Origin: Felis catus
Lineage: Eukaryota
Direction of reading: 5' to 3'
Length of the DNA: 64,000 bases
Assembly: GCF_018350175.1 (NCBI RefSeq)
Contig: NC_058368.1
Span: forward strand, 107,324,001-107,388,000
The notes beneath the pieces are model-generated. The model saw only the letters and a list, made by a program, of their open reading frames with translations. It did no database searches and had not been told where the DNA came from. The translations under genes were made by a program, and so were the position numbers. This document shows positions 24,414 through 37,316 of this stretch, in pieces. Numbering within the stretch: the stretch's first letter is position 1; each line of letters opens with the position of its first letter.

Positions 24414-24940
24414 CCAGCCTTTAAGAAATATTTTGTTATTGTCACAAATACCTAGAGTATCTACAAGATTTCTGCGCTAATTTTCATTAAAATGTGGTTC
24501 TTCAAGAGAAGTGTGGAAATACACTTTTGGCTAGCACTATATGGCAAATAAAAGTATTTTTTGAACACTGTACATAAGAATGCTCAAAGTTTCATTTCTA
24601 AAAGAAATGAATTATTTGCTGGGTAGATACTTCACAGAAGTTTTGTGCATCACTGTAGGTAGTGAAGAATGCAGATCCTGACCGTGAGGTTTCCTTTGAT
24701 AAGTAAATGACCAAACTGGCAGAAAAGGCCACACTAATAATGCATTCAGTCTATCTAAATGCCTGTGTCATTTTAATATCTCTAATACAGCTGGCTGAGC
24801 ATAATTTTTGTATACTCTGTTGGTTCTTAGCCTCCCAATTTTATAGGTGAATTTTTTTGTGATTTCAAAGGAAAGTTGAGTTAGTTTTTCATGGTGCTTG
24901 TGTAGTATTTCAGACTATGATCACAGTTCACAAGAGATCT
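24414..24940 (-). pseudogene. Candidate large relic exon (527 nt)
   Basis: tttattttatttttcag|AGA...TGG|gtaagc. One frame gives SEILHKHHEKLTQLSFEITKKFTYKIGRLRTNRVYKNYAQPAVLEILK*...RRNLVDTLGICDNNKIFLKGW, in phase with GKVTRE. Confidence 0.55.
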
Positions 24941-25495
24941 CTGAAAAATAAAATAAATGATGTAATGCCATAAGACAACAAACACCTATTTCCTGATTAT
25001 TGAATGGAGCACTATTTTTGAGAACAAATCAGAACTTTTGGAAAGATCTATGAAATAGAGACATGAACTTCTATAAAATAAAATACTATACGAAATTAAA
25101 AGTGCTGTAGTACTGTCTCATATACCAGCTGGGTGAATATTTCTGCCAGATTTGGAATTTGCTTAAGGAATGAATAGTTATAACTTTAGGAAAAAAAAAC
25201 TCTTTGAATTTAGTGTTCATCCTGGGTAGAGCAGATAGATGAGCTTTATTCTTTGAGAATATTTTTAAGATTAATCACATGGTACTTTGCTTTTGCCAGA
25301 ATGGCAGACTTGCTTGTCTGCGGAAATTCTCGTAATGAGACAATATGCTTTTAAGGGAGAGAAAAACCTGAAATATAAAGGAGTTGGTGGGAAATGAAAT
25401 GAAAGATGTATGTAAACCTAAACCAACTGAATGTGTGTGTGTGTGTGTGTGTGTGTATAGTGTTTTATTAAAGTATTTTAAGAGTCATATATTCA

Positions 25496-25748
25496 GGGTG
25501 CCTGGGTGGCTCATTTGGTTAATCAACCAACTCTTGGTTTTCGGCTCAGGTCATGATCTCATGGTTTGTGAGTTCAAGACCTGCACTGGGCTCTACACTG
25601 ACAGTGTGGAGCCTACTTGGGATTCTTATTCTTTCCCTCCTTCTCTCTCTGTCCCTCTGTCTCTCTGCCTCTGTCTCTCTCTCCCCCTATCCCACTCTGA
25701 CTAGCCCTCTCTTTCCCTCTCTCTCAAAATAAATAAACTTAAAAAAAA
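25496..25748 (+). mobile_element. Can-SINE
   Basis: TSD agtcatatatt. Confidence 0.9.
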
Positions 25749-25769
25749 GTCATATATTTTTCTGAAGAA

Positions 25770-27930
25770 TGGTTAATTGTTCAATATTAGAATTTTTTGG
25801 TGATCTTCAAGGATAAAAGCTAAAATAAATATAGGATTGGTAAAAAAGTAAGAAGAAATAACAAAGGCAATAGCATAGAAATATAGGAGAAGCAGAAAAG
25901 TTAAGATAATACAAGTAAGCTTGAGGAGATTAACAACCACAGTAAAAATGAATGGGTTGTAAATCAGAGAAAGCAAGGAGTAGAAACTAATTATAATTTA
26001 GAAATATAATTAGGAGAAACACCATTAATAATAGGAATTAATAATATTAAAACAAAACTATTAGTAACCAGATGAGTAAGACTTGTCTGGAAATAAGTAT
26101 TATTGAAAGTTATTAAAGAAGCTCTGAATAAATAGATATGTATTCCATATTTATAGAAAGAAAAACAAAATCATAAATAGTCTTCCCAATTTTACATTTA
26201 AGGTGATTCTCTCAGAGTGCCAGCAGTTTTTGTATGCAACTTGAGAATCTCTTTTAAAATTTAGGGGCATCTGAGTGGCTCAGTCAGTTAAGCATCGACT
26301 CTTGGCTTTGGTACAGATCATGATGTCATGGTTTGTGAGTTTGAGCCCCATCTCAGGCTCTGCGTTGTTATTGTGGAGCCTTCATGGGATTCTCTCTCCC
26401 TTTCTCTCTGCCCCTCCCTCCCTCAAATAAACTAAGAAAAAGAAAGGAATCTCTTTTAAAATTTATATGGAAGCACAAAGCCCAAAGAGTGGACAAGACC
26501 TCTTAAGAGAAGAGTATAAGAACTTGCCCTATGAGTTATCATAACTCTCAAATTATAATAAAGACCGTATATAATGGTTCCAGCTTGGAAAACATTAAAA
26601 TTTTTAATGATTCATAAAATGCTGATGCTAAGTAGTCAGAAGAGACTTCTGACCAATCAGAATAAAGGTCTGACAAGTCAAAAACAAAAGTAGATATGGT
26701 GTACCAGTTCTGGACAAAAGTATGAATAAATTGGGAAGAGAATAGAATGGATAAACTAAAAAAAGACCTAGTCTTACATGGAAAGTATGTATGGTAGAGG
26801 TATCCTCTTATCACCGAGAAATGAATAACTGTTTAATGAATGAGGTGGAAATGAGTGTGGTCGGATATTGAAAAAAACACAGAATTCAGTTTCAACTGAT
26901 TAAGTACACACAAGCAAAAGAAAATACCTAAACATCTTATAAGAATATATTTAATAACATCTGTCATTAAAATAGGCAAGACCATAAAAACGTAAATTAA
27001 GTTTATTGCATTAAAATTAACAAATTATGTTCATCAAAACACAGAATTAAAAAGTCAAAAGGCAAGTAACAAACTTGGAGAACTTATTTTCAAAACTTAA
27101 AACTTACAAAGCTTAGTGTCCAGAATATATAAGGAAGGGCTAAAAATCAGTAAGAGAAATAATTGTGTAGGAAAAATTGTATAAATGTAGACAGATGAAT
27201 CATAAATAAAAATTCTAAAATTGTGTTAAACCTTATTTGACATTTGGGATTTGCAAACTAATATCTACTAAATTGAGACTAAGAAGTGGTGGAGAGTATA
27301 TCGATAAATGGAAACTCCTACCCACTGCTGCAGAGTTAACTGATACAACCACTGCAGGAGAACATTTTTGATTATTGTGTCTTTGTTTGCATTACTGAAA
27401 ATCCAGCAATTCTGCTCCTAGGCATACACCACAAAGAAGGGAAACCACTAAACCTTACAAGAATGTAGCACTATTTATACTAGCAGCAAACCAGAAACAT
27501 CCCCAAATGCCCCCTGGCAGGAGAATGGATAAATACATTGCAGTATAGGTACATAACGGAATACTATATAAAGAAGGACTCTGGGAAATTACATGCAAAC
27601 TTACTTTGGCACTAAACAAGCAAGTCCTTAAAGAGATTCCACATACAGAAATAAATCTCAGGAACAAACAAAACCAAGCAGCATGTCTTTTTGGAATACT
27701 TATATGTGTGATAAAACTTGATAGAGAAAAAGCAAGAGATTAATTAATGTGGGATATTGTTGAGGGAATGGAGGAATGAAATGAACTAGGAGAGGAATAA
27801 ACAAAGTGCTAGTTGTGTTCTTAGAACTTAAATTGGTTAGTGGAATTATGGATGTCCTTTTTATTTTACCTATGTGTAACTTACCTGTGTGTTATAAATA
27901 TTTTATATTTATCAAGTATTACATTTTTTA
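25770..27930 (+). mobile_element. Old LINE-1 (L1M/L1ME) ORF2 to 3' remnants
   Basis: A-rich L1 text, e.g. 'atccagcaattctgctcctaggcata', 'gaatggataaatacattg'. Confidence 0.7.
26264..26445 (+). mobile_element. Can-SINE nested in L1
   Basis: TSD gaatctcttttaaaattta. Confidence 0.9.
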
Positions 27931-28592
27931 TGGCATATAGTAAAAGAGGAAGTAAAATTATACATGTAGATTTCATTGTATTTCAAGTTCTAGATAGAAA
28001 AATATTAAGTATAATGATAATCAGTGAGATCCCACTAATTCACAACTTAGGATAATACGACTTAAAGCATACCAAAGTTCATATGCATACTGTAAGATAT
28101 GAAATAATGTGTTTAACTATAGCACAATATATAGTAGATAGAGGAATTTAACAGTTTAACAATGAACTGTTTTAGGCACCTGCACAGAATTGTTTGCAAG
28201 TGTAAGAATGCTGTGAACTTAGATGGATCTAATTAAAGGTATCCTCACAGGTAATCAAGACCCTGTTCTGGTGAAAGGGTGGTAGCAACCTCAGATAATG
28301 AAAGAGCAGCTTGAAAATATCAAGCACTTGGAGAAAACACACCAGGAAGGGAAGATGGAGAAAGGTTGTCCCTCTTATGTTGTCAGGAGCGGTGCAAGGT
28401 TGAGGCAGAGGATCCAGTAGATAACACTGTCATAGGATCTATGATGCCTACTACCCACAAGGAATGGGATACAACTTCCTGTGTCAAAGGGAACATTTGG
28501 GAATATGTGGGTACTCAGTGCAGGACTCATGTCAAAAGGAGCTGGATGATTAAATGGTTTCTCATGGAAAAACACACTAAAACACCACTCAC

Positions 28593-28696
28593 TTTCTCAA
28601 ACTTCTGATCTGATTCTTTCAGTTAACCATAGTGATTTATACTAAAGCCTTCTTTCTTAATTTAAACTTCAGAATTTAGTTATATTCTAACTTGGC
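28593..28696 (-). pseudogene. Candidate relic exon (104 nt)
   Basis: actatcacag|GCC...AAA|gtgagt; KKEGFSINHYG*LKESDQKFEK. Confidence 0.35.
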
Positions 28697-28869
28697 CTGT
28701 GATAGTTCTATAAATGCTTTTTTTTAGACTTTGCAGTGTCAAGAACCATGTGATTTTTGGCAGATGCTAACCACTTTATTTATTTACACAGGTAGAAATT
28801 GATATAGTTTTTCTAAACACAGGCAGTGCTCCTACCCTCATTTCGTACATGCTATGCTGATGTTCCTAC

Positions 28870-29112
28870 CGGTTATTGTCTTCTCTCAGGAAACACTGAT
28901 TGATATATTAGAAAATAGCTTTGACAGTAGCCTACAGTGGAGCGTGTGAAATTGAATTCCTTCTGTAATTTTCTTTTTTTTTTCCTTTATTATGTGGTAT
29001 CCAGGAGATGGTAAGGTTAGAAACACTACCAATTTCTATTATCCAGTGATTAATGATAATTAAAGTGAGTCCGTTATAAAGTGCCAAAATTAAAGTATCT
29101 CCAAGGTTTAGG
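28870..29112 (-). pseudogene. Candidate relic exon
   Basis: ctttcatattag|CCT...CCG|gtagga; LNLGDTLILALYNG...SHAPL*ATVKAIF*YINQCFLREDNN. Confidence 0.35.
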
Positions 29113-29164
29113 CTAATATGAAAGTGATGAAACATTTTGAGCCTTAATATAAAAATAAAATAAA

Positions 29165-29288
29165 TGATATATATATATATATCATATATATGATATATAT
29201 ATATGATATATGATATATATCATATATATGATATATATATATATGATATATGATATATATCATATATATGATATATATATATATATAT
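29165..29288. repeat. AT-rich minisatellite (~40-bp unit x3) built from (AT)n with ATC/ATG interruptions
   Basis: Seen directly. Confidence 0.9.
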
Positions 29289-29429
29289 TTCTTTTGCATT
29301 CGAAATATATGTACCCTTCCTACAAGTGTATTTGCAGAAACATGTTTCTTTTTCATCAGAAAACAGAAGTATGAGATTTAGTGTACTGTGATTTGATGTA
29401 CAAAATTATAGATATAGACAAACAGAAAA

Positions 29430-31410
29430 TTAGCCATGCTAAAACTACTTTTCCAAGAACCCTTATGTTTTGAGTAGGAGTTGGCCACAGGAGAAATTCT
29501 AAGATTTGGAAGGGGGAAGTAGATTACTGTTTAGCTCCTAAGGTCATTGTATGGTACTGGGTACCATCATCCGTAGCTAGCACACATTGCTGATGATCTG
29601 CTGGCTTGTTTTGTTGGGATAGGGCAGCAATCAGTAAAGCTGATGACCTTCACCACTACATTTTGCCAAATTTCTTTGGTAAATAGACATAATTTTTCCT
29701 CCTCTTTCATGTTAGGATTCCCTTACCTCCTTCCCCGGTGGTGGTTTCATTACAAAGGTACTACTGATCCTCCTAAGGACTTAACTACAATACCTCTATT
29801 CCTCCTAGACCTGTAACAGGGTTCAAGTCCCAGAAGACCCTGGGAGACAAGGGAGAAAGTACAGCCTCTGAGGAGTCTCACACCACATCAATACTTCCAA
29901 GATTTTGCCATTTCATATTGATACAAATCTAGGGAACAAATATGAGAATGAATCACAAGAAATATTCAATCAGGGTTATAGAAGTATAAAGTTGGACTGA
30001 ACTGAATTTGTAACTTTGGTTTCACTAAGCAGAGATTCTGGATTCAATGTGTTAACTTGGGCAGCTCAGAGTGGCTCTGACAATTTCCTTCACTGGTTAA
30101 CTGAAAGAAACTTGGACTCAGAGTTGGCCCACACTGAAAAAAGTTGAGTTGTCAGAAGTTATTTGGTATACCATAGAGGAAGGTATCTAATGGCTTAAGG
30201 AAATCAGAATTCTAACATGGATTTATTATGTAAGTTACTTACACAACTTCAGAGAACAGTGTCTTCAACCACAGTTGTGAGAAATTAACATTAGTATCCT
30301 TGAAGGGCTCTGTCATAGCTTTGGTTGGTGAGAAATGACATTGGGTACTGCTGTTACCAAATGTAAGGCATGATTTCAGTGGAGATGATAGGATCCTACA
30401 GTGCTGGAAGCTGAGTGGTAGTTGGAAGTTACCAGCAACAAGTTGGGCACTGTAACAGGCACCAGAGGAGGATTAAGTAGAATGGATTTGATCTTCAGAG
30501 ATTGTTGGTGTTGGCTGATTGATTAAGCTGTCCCTAGAACTGAAATATATGAGGCAAATTTTTAAAGTATTACTTGCTTTGAATATCCAGTTTCTCATTT
30601 GGTAAATAAAAGTCTGAATTGAATGTTTTCAGCCACTCCCAAGCTTAGGCTGATTCATCCACTCCGAGATCTTCTAATGACAGAGTCTGGGTTCTCTTGA
30701 AAAAGGATCCTACTATATTGACAAAAATGTATGCTATTAACACTTAGAATTGTTCAAACCCAGGATCTAAGCCTGCCCCTGCATGACTTGGCCTCACTAG
30801 CCTTACCCTAATCTGTGTTGGATACTCACTGTCTTTATTTAAAATGTTGGTATTTTGTCCATCACATATTTTTTTGCACAAATTTTAACTTTTATAATAT
30901 TGCATTAAAACATTATCCATCTACTAAGTTTTTGGCATCTCATGAGATTATGGGTGAGGGACTGGTTTTTAGGGTCTAGTGTCTCAATTCCTGGCCCTGT
31001 ATCCAGCTCCTGCCAGATTTCCTCCAGCTTCTGTAATGCTGGGACAGACACATGTGCAGCTCTGTCATTCAGGGCATGTTTTTCTTCTGAAGATCTCCCA
31101 TGTGGTTGAGATCAATGGTGGGGAGAGATAGACATGGGTTAAATTTTGACCTTGTGATTCCGGTTTGTTGCTATGGTTTCTCGACTCTAGCGTATCCTCC
31201 TTCTCCCCTACCTCATACCGTACTTCATCCCCTCTTCTGGTCTCACCAATCTACAATAAATTCAGGCCCACCGCCAGACAGAGAAGCAGCCGCTTTTCAT
31301 AGATTTCTTTACCAGCTCCCACAGTTGTGTAAGATCCAGTCCTCATAGTAACCCTCATTCTGTATTGTTCACAGCAGTCCTCCTTCTCTGCTTGAACCTA
31401 ACTAATGGAC
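29430..31410 (+). mobile_element. ERVL LTR (LTR41-like) pieces enclosing an ERVL gag remnant (~29660-30740)
   Basis: Gag-like SIKLD*TEFVTLVSLSRDSGFNV and WYTIEEGI*WLKEIRILTWI; LTR end 'ccttctctgcttgaacctaactaat'. Confidence 0.7.
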
Positions 31411-31662
31411 CCTAAGAATGCCTTGTTGCTTTTTCTTGATTTTTTTTCCTTGGAGTTCTTCAGTACTCCCCAAACAGTGAATATTTTGGTTCTACTTGGA
31501 TAGCTTGCCAGAACTTCACAGAGTGTTTGAACTCCACCAACGTATACCACTTGAGTTCTTTGCCAGCGGAATTCTCAGCTCCCATTTACATAAGCATCTG
31601 GCACATCCTCTCTTACTAGTCACCAGATATGACCAGACATATCTGGCTTTCTCTTGCTCAGG
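31410..31662 (-). pseudogene. Candidate relic exon abutting an LTR
   Basis: ttttggatttacag|CCT; long low-stop frames, e.g. EFRWQRTQVVYVGGVQTLCEVLASYPSRNQNIHCLGSTEELQGKKIKKKQQGILR. Confidence 0.45.
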
Positions 31663-31877
31663 CTGTAAATCCAAAATACCCAATATTTTACTACACAGTG
31701 ACATTACTCCAATTAATATATAACCTAGGATATGTCCTTCAAAGATACTCAAACAGTATACAGAGGAGCATTTAAAGTTGTTTGTTAATATTTGCTTAAA
31801 ATCATATTTTTATGCAAGCATTTTTTTTTAGGTAAAAGATGTCTACCTCAAAAACATGATTTTCTAGACTTACCATC

Positions 31878-32353
31878 TGTATTCATTTCCTAGGACTGCC
31901 ATAACGAAGTACTCTAAAGTGAGTGGCTTAAAACAAAATAACTTTATTATCTCTCAGTTATAGAGGCTAGAAGTCCAAAATCAAGCTGTCAGCAGGGCAC
32001 TCTTCCCCCTGGAATTTGTAGGGGAATATTTCTTCCCTCTTCCTAGCTTCTGGTGGTTTGCTAGCAAATGTCGGTGTTCCTTGGTTTATAGCTGCATAAC
32101 GCTAATCTCTGCCTTTGTCATGCCTTTGTGCTCTTCTTCCTGCATGCATTGTGTGTTTTCAAAAAGCTATCTTCTCATAAGGACACCAGTCATACTGGAG
32201 CAGGGGTCCATCCTACTTTAGTGTGATCTCATGTGAACTAATTCTATCTGCCACAACTCAGTTTCCAAATATGATCACATCCACTGGAAAGGGTTGGGGG
32301 CTAGGACTTGAACATATCTTATTTGGGAGGAGGACAGAGTTCAACCCCTAATA
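31878..32353. mobile_element. MLT1 (MaLR) LTR, MLT1C-like
   Basis: 'tgtattcatttcctaggactgccataac...gaggctagaagtccaaaatcaag...ttcaacccctaata'. Confidence 0.88.
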
Positions 32354-32479
32354 CCATTTTCAGCCTCCTCTGGAGTTACCTTGCCAGTGTTGTTAAAACG
32401 TGGTGCTAAATTCTAAACAACACACTCTGAATAAGTTTTGACCAGAGCACAATATAGTGGGATTATTACTTTATTCTAT

Positions 32480-33480
32480 TGGCTTATTGTTTCATTTATC
32501 CTACAAATATCCATTGAGCTTCTCTTCCATGCCTGACATCCTGCTTGTGCTAGGTGTACACCATAGCAGGAAAGGGATAAAGATGTTATGTTCGTAAAGC
32601 CTACATTCTCATGAGGAGAAATAGACCCTAACCACATAGACTTAGGATAGAAGTTCAATTATTTATAAGTGATATGAAGAATAGAATGAGGTAATTGAAA
32701 AGAAATGATAGTGGGTGTTATTTGAGATAGGACGCTCTTTGAAAGAGCCAGTAATGTATGGTATGCGTGCGATCATGGTATGGATGGGGAATTTAGGGCA
32801 TAGAAGGGAGGTCGGGGTGGCCAGAGGACATCAAAGAGTGACCTGAAATGAAGGCAGGAAGGTAATCACAGCCTTAGAGACAGGACTGTGGATTTTATCT
32901 TAGATGTAAAGTTAGTTGAAGGGTTTTAAGCCCCTGAGTCACATGATGGAACATATTTTAAAGAATTCTTCTGGCTGAACAGTGCTCTGTTCTATTCTGC
33001 TGTTATAATACAACAGAGACAGCTGACACACCTATTTTGGAGCCATTTACAGTAGTGCAGGTGACAGATAATGGAAACATGGGCTAATGTGATAGCCATA
33101 GTGGTGATAATTGGCCAGATCTGGGATGTATTTGGAAGACATTGGCTTTCAGGATTTGCTGATGAAGAGTAAGTGAAGAAAAGATGAGTGTTAGGTAAAC
33201 TTCTAATACTTGGAGATTTAGAAGGAAAAGGGAACTCCATAAAGGATATTGAGAAGAAATGTCGTATGAAACAGAAGAAGAACAAAGAGTGATATCCAAA
33301 AGTCAAAGAAAGTGTATTCAGAAGGAGGGTGTGGTCAAATGGGCAGATGCTACTGGTAGGTCAGGTAAGATGAGGACAGGGAATTGACCGTTGGAGGTCA
33401 TTAGTGGTGTGGTATGAAGAGCCCCAGGGGAATCTCCAGAGAAAATGTGAGCGGAGGTAAAATGTTGAGTGAAGGCAATT
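32480..33480. mobile_element. L2 LINE remnant
   Basis: Typical L2 purine-rich text ('gtagtgcaggtgacagataatgg', 'gtggtcaaatgggcagatgctactggtaggtcaggtaagatgagg'). Confidence 0.75.
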
Positions 33481-33529
33481 CTTAATCACAATCACTATTG
33501 CAAACCAAATTATTGAAACACATACTCAC

Positions 33530-33702
33530 CAGTTTCATTTCCACACGTGAACTTTTCCAAATGATCTGACCAGCCGTTTCTGAAGCTTTCCAGATGGCTA
33601 ATGGGCATGTTCCCAGGAGCAATTTCCTAAATGGTTGTCCACTCAGCCTCCTTATCTGTTCTCCACTGATTAGTTATAAATGTTAGCTTCCACAAAAACT
33701 AG
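33530..33702 (-). pseudogene. Candidate relic exon (173 nt)
   Basis: attgtatttcag|CTA...CTG|gtgagt; FLWKLTFITNQWRTDKEAEWTTI*EIAPGNMPISHLESFRNGWSDHLEKFTCGNET. Confidence 0.6.
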
Positions 33703-33924
33703 CTGAAATACAATATTTTCCTTAAATGTTTTATATGAGTTTTCATTTAAAAAAATGAGAAAACTAGATTCAGTTCAGTTTTTATTTGTAAGACGGCTTC
33801 ATCAGTGGTGTTAGGTATATCCTTTAGGAATTGAATGCTGTTTGGTTATTTCTTCCTAATTATAGCAGAAAAATGTTGGATTTGAGTTATCACTATGTTT
33901 CATTTCCATATGGATATATCCAAG

Positions 33925-34152
33925 TTTTTTTTTAAGTTTATTTATTTATTCTGAGAGAGAGAGACAGAGAGAGAGAGAGAGCACGAACAGGGTAGGGGCA
34001 GAGAGAGTGGGAGAGAAAGAGAATCCTAAGCAGGCTCCACATTGTCAGCATGGAGCCTGATGCGAGGCTTCAATTCACCACCTGTGAGATCAATGACCTG
34101 AGCCGAAATCAAGAGTCAGATGTTTAAATGACTGAGCCACCCAGGTACCCCC
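33925..34152 (-). mobile_element. Can-SINE
   Basis: Reverse SINE text. Confidence 0.92.
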
Positions 34153-34169
34153 TTCCAAGACTTTTTTTA

Positions 34170-34900
34170 AGGCCAAATTTTATACATGCATCTACTAAAT
34201 TGTTTTAGTTCTGTTATGTCACTTTAGTCAGTTGAAACATTAATCACATCCAAAAGCCATATTTTTCTATTTTGTACCAAAGTCTCAGGAGAAATTTTTG
34301 CAAATACCTTGATAAATCAAGGTAAAATATTTCAAGATATTTCTTCTAATTTATACACCTTGGACACAGTTAATCCATTGACAGTTCAGCAATTAACACA
34401 TCCTTTACAAAAAGATTTAGAACCATCTATGTAATATTTAGTTCTACAGTTCTCATAGGGATCAGTAATTAACTCATAGATCCAAAGTTTAATAAAACAA
34501 TTTTTTTACCCTAATTTAGAAACTTCTGACCAGTTTTTCTGGAGCTTCCTTTAGCTTTATACAACTTCAAAAAGTGGGTAATGATTTGTGATTATATCTG
34601 CACATCTTTCCAATACTCTGAAATAGGATTTTGGGGGAATTTCATTTCTAATTTCTATTCTAGAATTTCGATTCTAATTTCTGTCTTCATGTCTTCTGAC
34701 CTATTTTTTGCTCTCTATGTGTTCTCTAGCCTTTCTACTTTGAATATGATTCTTCTTGTAGAAAGAATAAAACAAAATAGGAACTGGAGAATACTTCTCC
34801 TTGTCCATCTACCCAAGTTCTAAGGGAATTCCAAGGGAATGAATTTTTGTATTGGTTTATTTCTCATCCATTTTGCTCACCTCCAGTCTCCATTCTCCCC
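34170..34900 (-). mobile_element. L3/CR1 LINE remnant
   Basis: Minus-strand taccttgatttatcaaggtatttg resembles the CR1 RT YLDFSKAFD motif. Confidence 0.4.
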
Positions 34901-35079
34901 CATTCAATATCAGCATGATGACCACTGGAATTTTGCTTCATGTCCTGCTGGATTCGCACCACCTGTATCAGTCCGAACACCAGGACGAGCTGAAAAAATA
35001 TTTGTTGAATGAGTGAAGTGTTTTAGACAGTCTTTTTGTCATGATTTAAAATGCATATCTTGTATATATACAACTTTAC

Positions 35080-35733
35080 ACTAAAATGTCCCATTTCCTC
35101 TTTGTCAAGAAGAAATCTTGGAATCTTTGTACTTCCATTTCTAATTGTTTCATGTCATAACTCTTATATACAATTCTTCTTTTTAGTTAATAACATATTT
35201 TTACTTTAATACTCATGTACATGTAATCCTAACACAGCAACACCTTTTTGGTTTGTTAAACAGTTTTCATTGTTTATTGTCAGTTGGTTTCAATCTGACT
35301 TTGTAGCCCAAGCTTTGTAGAGACTTTGATCAGAGTTCTCTGGGGATTATCAGTTTGATTTCTAACTCAGATACCAGATCCTTTGGACTGCTCGCCTTGT
35401 CATATCCTCTCTGACAGCTTATTGTGAGCCAGTTATTCAGCAGTTCAGTTGTGTTGGAAACATATTCAGTGTTTCAGGCTTCCTATCAAAAGAAACTTCT
35501 GTTTCACTCTGTAGTTGTAGCAGTGATTTTCTCTTTAAATCCGTTTCTTTGCACATAGAAACTGGGTAAGGAGGGGCACCTGGGTAGCTCGGTTAAGTGT
35601 TCGACTCTGGCTCAGGTCATCATCTCACAGCTCAGGAATATGAGCCCTGCATAGGGCTCTGTGCTGACCGGTTGGAGCCAGGAGCCTGCTTCAGATTATG
35701 TGTCTCCCTCTCTCTCTGTCTCTCCCCTGCTTG

Positions 35734-35776
<43 letters not shown>

Positions 35777-36064
35777 AAGAATAAATAAATATTTAAAAAA
35801 AAAAACAAGAAACAGAGGTAAGAATAGTGTTTACATAAGTCCCATCCTGACTTCCCTGTTTTATTTTCTGTACTTGTATTCAAATAGCTGAAAGTTGCTT
35901 TTTTTTGTAATTGTTATTCTCCACTTATGAAAACTTTCTTAGGATTGATAAAGTGTTACTGATTTAAAAACACAGGAATCTTTTGGTTGAGTTAGTAAGG
36001 AGGGAAAAAACCCTACAAGGATGTATAAGAAACTTCAAAGGAGATGGTTGATGGGAGCCACCAG
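35080..36064 (-). pseudogene. Candidate large relic exon interrupted by a Can-SINE
   Basis: ctcaactttgttttccag|CTG; pieces GGSHQPSPLKF, ATFSYLNTSTENKTGKSGWDLCKHYSY, MCKETDLKRKSLLQLQSETEVSFDRKPETLNMFP; donor tentative. Confidence 0.45.
35573..35805 (+). mobile_element. Can-SINE
   Basis: Imperfect TSD gaaac..ggtaag. Confidence 0.92.
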
Positions 36065-36654
36065 CTGGAAAACAAAGTTGAGGGAGATGTATACTTTCTG
36101 TGCATTTTTATTTTAAGAACCTTGTAAAAAATATTACATATACAGAAATTAAAAAAAAAAAACCAGGAAATGCAGTAGTTTAAAATACCTTCATCCAAGC
36201 ATTTAAAATGATGTAACAATAAAAGAACTAGATTAGGAATACTGAGGAATGTGAGAGTCTTGTTAGTTGATAGGATAAAATTGGGGGTAAATCAATTATA
36301 CGTGGGCTCAGGTTTCAAAAACATTCTCCAAATTTTCAGAGTAAGAAATACTGTCTTTCCCTCTCTAGAATTGAGCCAGTTATTTTCAAATTCTATGAGA
36401 TGTTTTTTTTCTTCAGAATATCCCTTTGGTTGAGCTCTTCCTTTTCATTGCCCAGGGTAACAGCCCAGACTTCCTCAGCATTTCCTCACACCTGCAGGGA
36501 CATTCCTTGCTCCCTGCTTCCGTGTCCTCACTTACCATCCTCCACCTCACTTTTAGTCCAGGCACTCAGCATGATTACATTGTGTCACCAGCCAATCAAA
36601 CAGTTTAGTGGTTCTTTGCTTCCTTTTATAAGAAGCCAAACTCTAATTTAATCT

Positions 36655-36900
36655 AGGCCATGGTTTGTCACCCTTGGCTCTAGGGCTCTAGGTTTGTCAC
36701 CCTTGGATAATTCTTGGTTGTGGCAGGCTATCTTGTGCATTATAGGATTTTTAGTAGCAAACTTAAACTCTACCTACCACCCTCTCTACTCTCTACCTTC
36801 TAACCCTGTAGTACTGTCCAGTTGTAACAGCCACAAATGTCTCCAAACATTGACAAATGTCCCCTGAGGGGCAAAATAGGCCCCGATTGAGAACCACTGA
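36655..36900. mobile_element. MER20 hAT MITE
   Basis: 'aaatgtctccaaacattgacaaatgtcccctgaggggcaaaat...ttgagaaccactg'. Confidence 0.85.
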
Positions 36901-36919
36901 TCTAATCCTATTCTGCTTA

Positions 36920-37316
36920 TTTAAAAAAAAATAAGAGCCTGACATGGGGGTCAAACTCATGGATGCAAGATCATGAACTGTGCTGTAGTTGGATGCTCAG
37001 CTGACTGAGCCACCTAACCCTAACCCAACCTTAACCCAATTCTGTTTATTAAACTCAGTCTCTCAGTGGCTGATTGCTTTGCTTTTCTATCAATATGATA
37101 TATTCACTTCCACACTTTTTTTAATGTTTATTTTTGAGGCACAGAGAGTGCGAATGGGGGAGGAACAGAGGGGGGGGGGACACAGAATCTGAAGCAGGCT
37201 CCAGGCTCTGAGCTGTCTACATAGAGTCCGTCGCGGGCCTCAAACTTACGAATCAGGAGATCATGACCTGAGCTGAAGTCGAATGCCTAATGGACTGAGC
37301 CACCCAGGCGCCCCCC
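36920..37316 (-). mobile_element. Short SINE fragment (36920-37015) and Can-SINE (37115-37316)
   Basis: Reverse SINE text. Confidence 0.85.

Noticed and set aside
29085..29120. LNLGDT match to DDX60
   Set aside because: Six residues only; the surrounding sequence and other exons do not match
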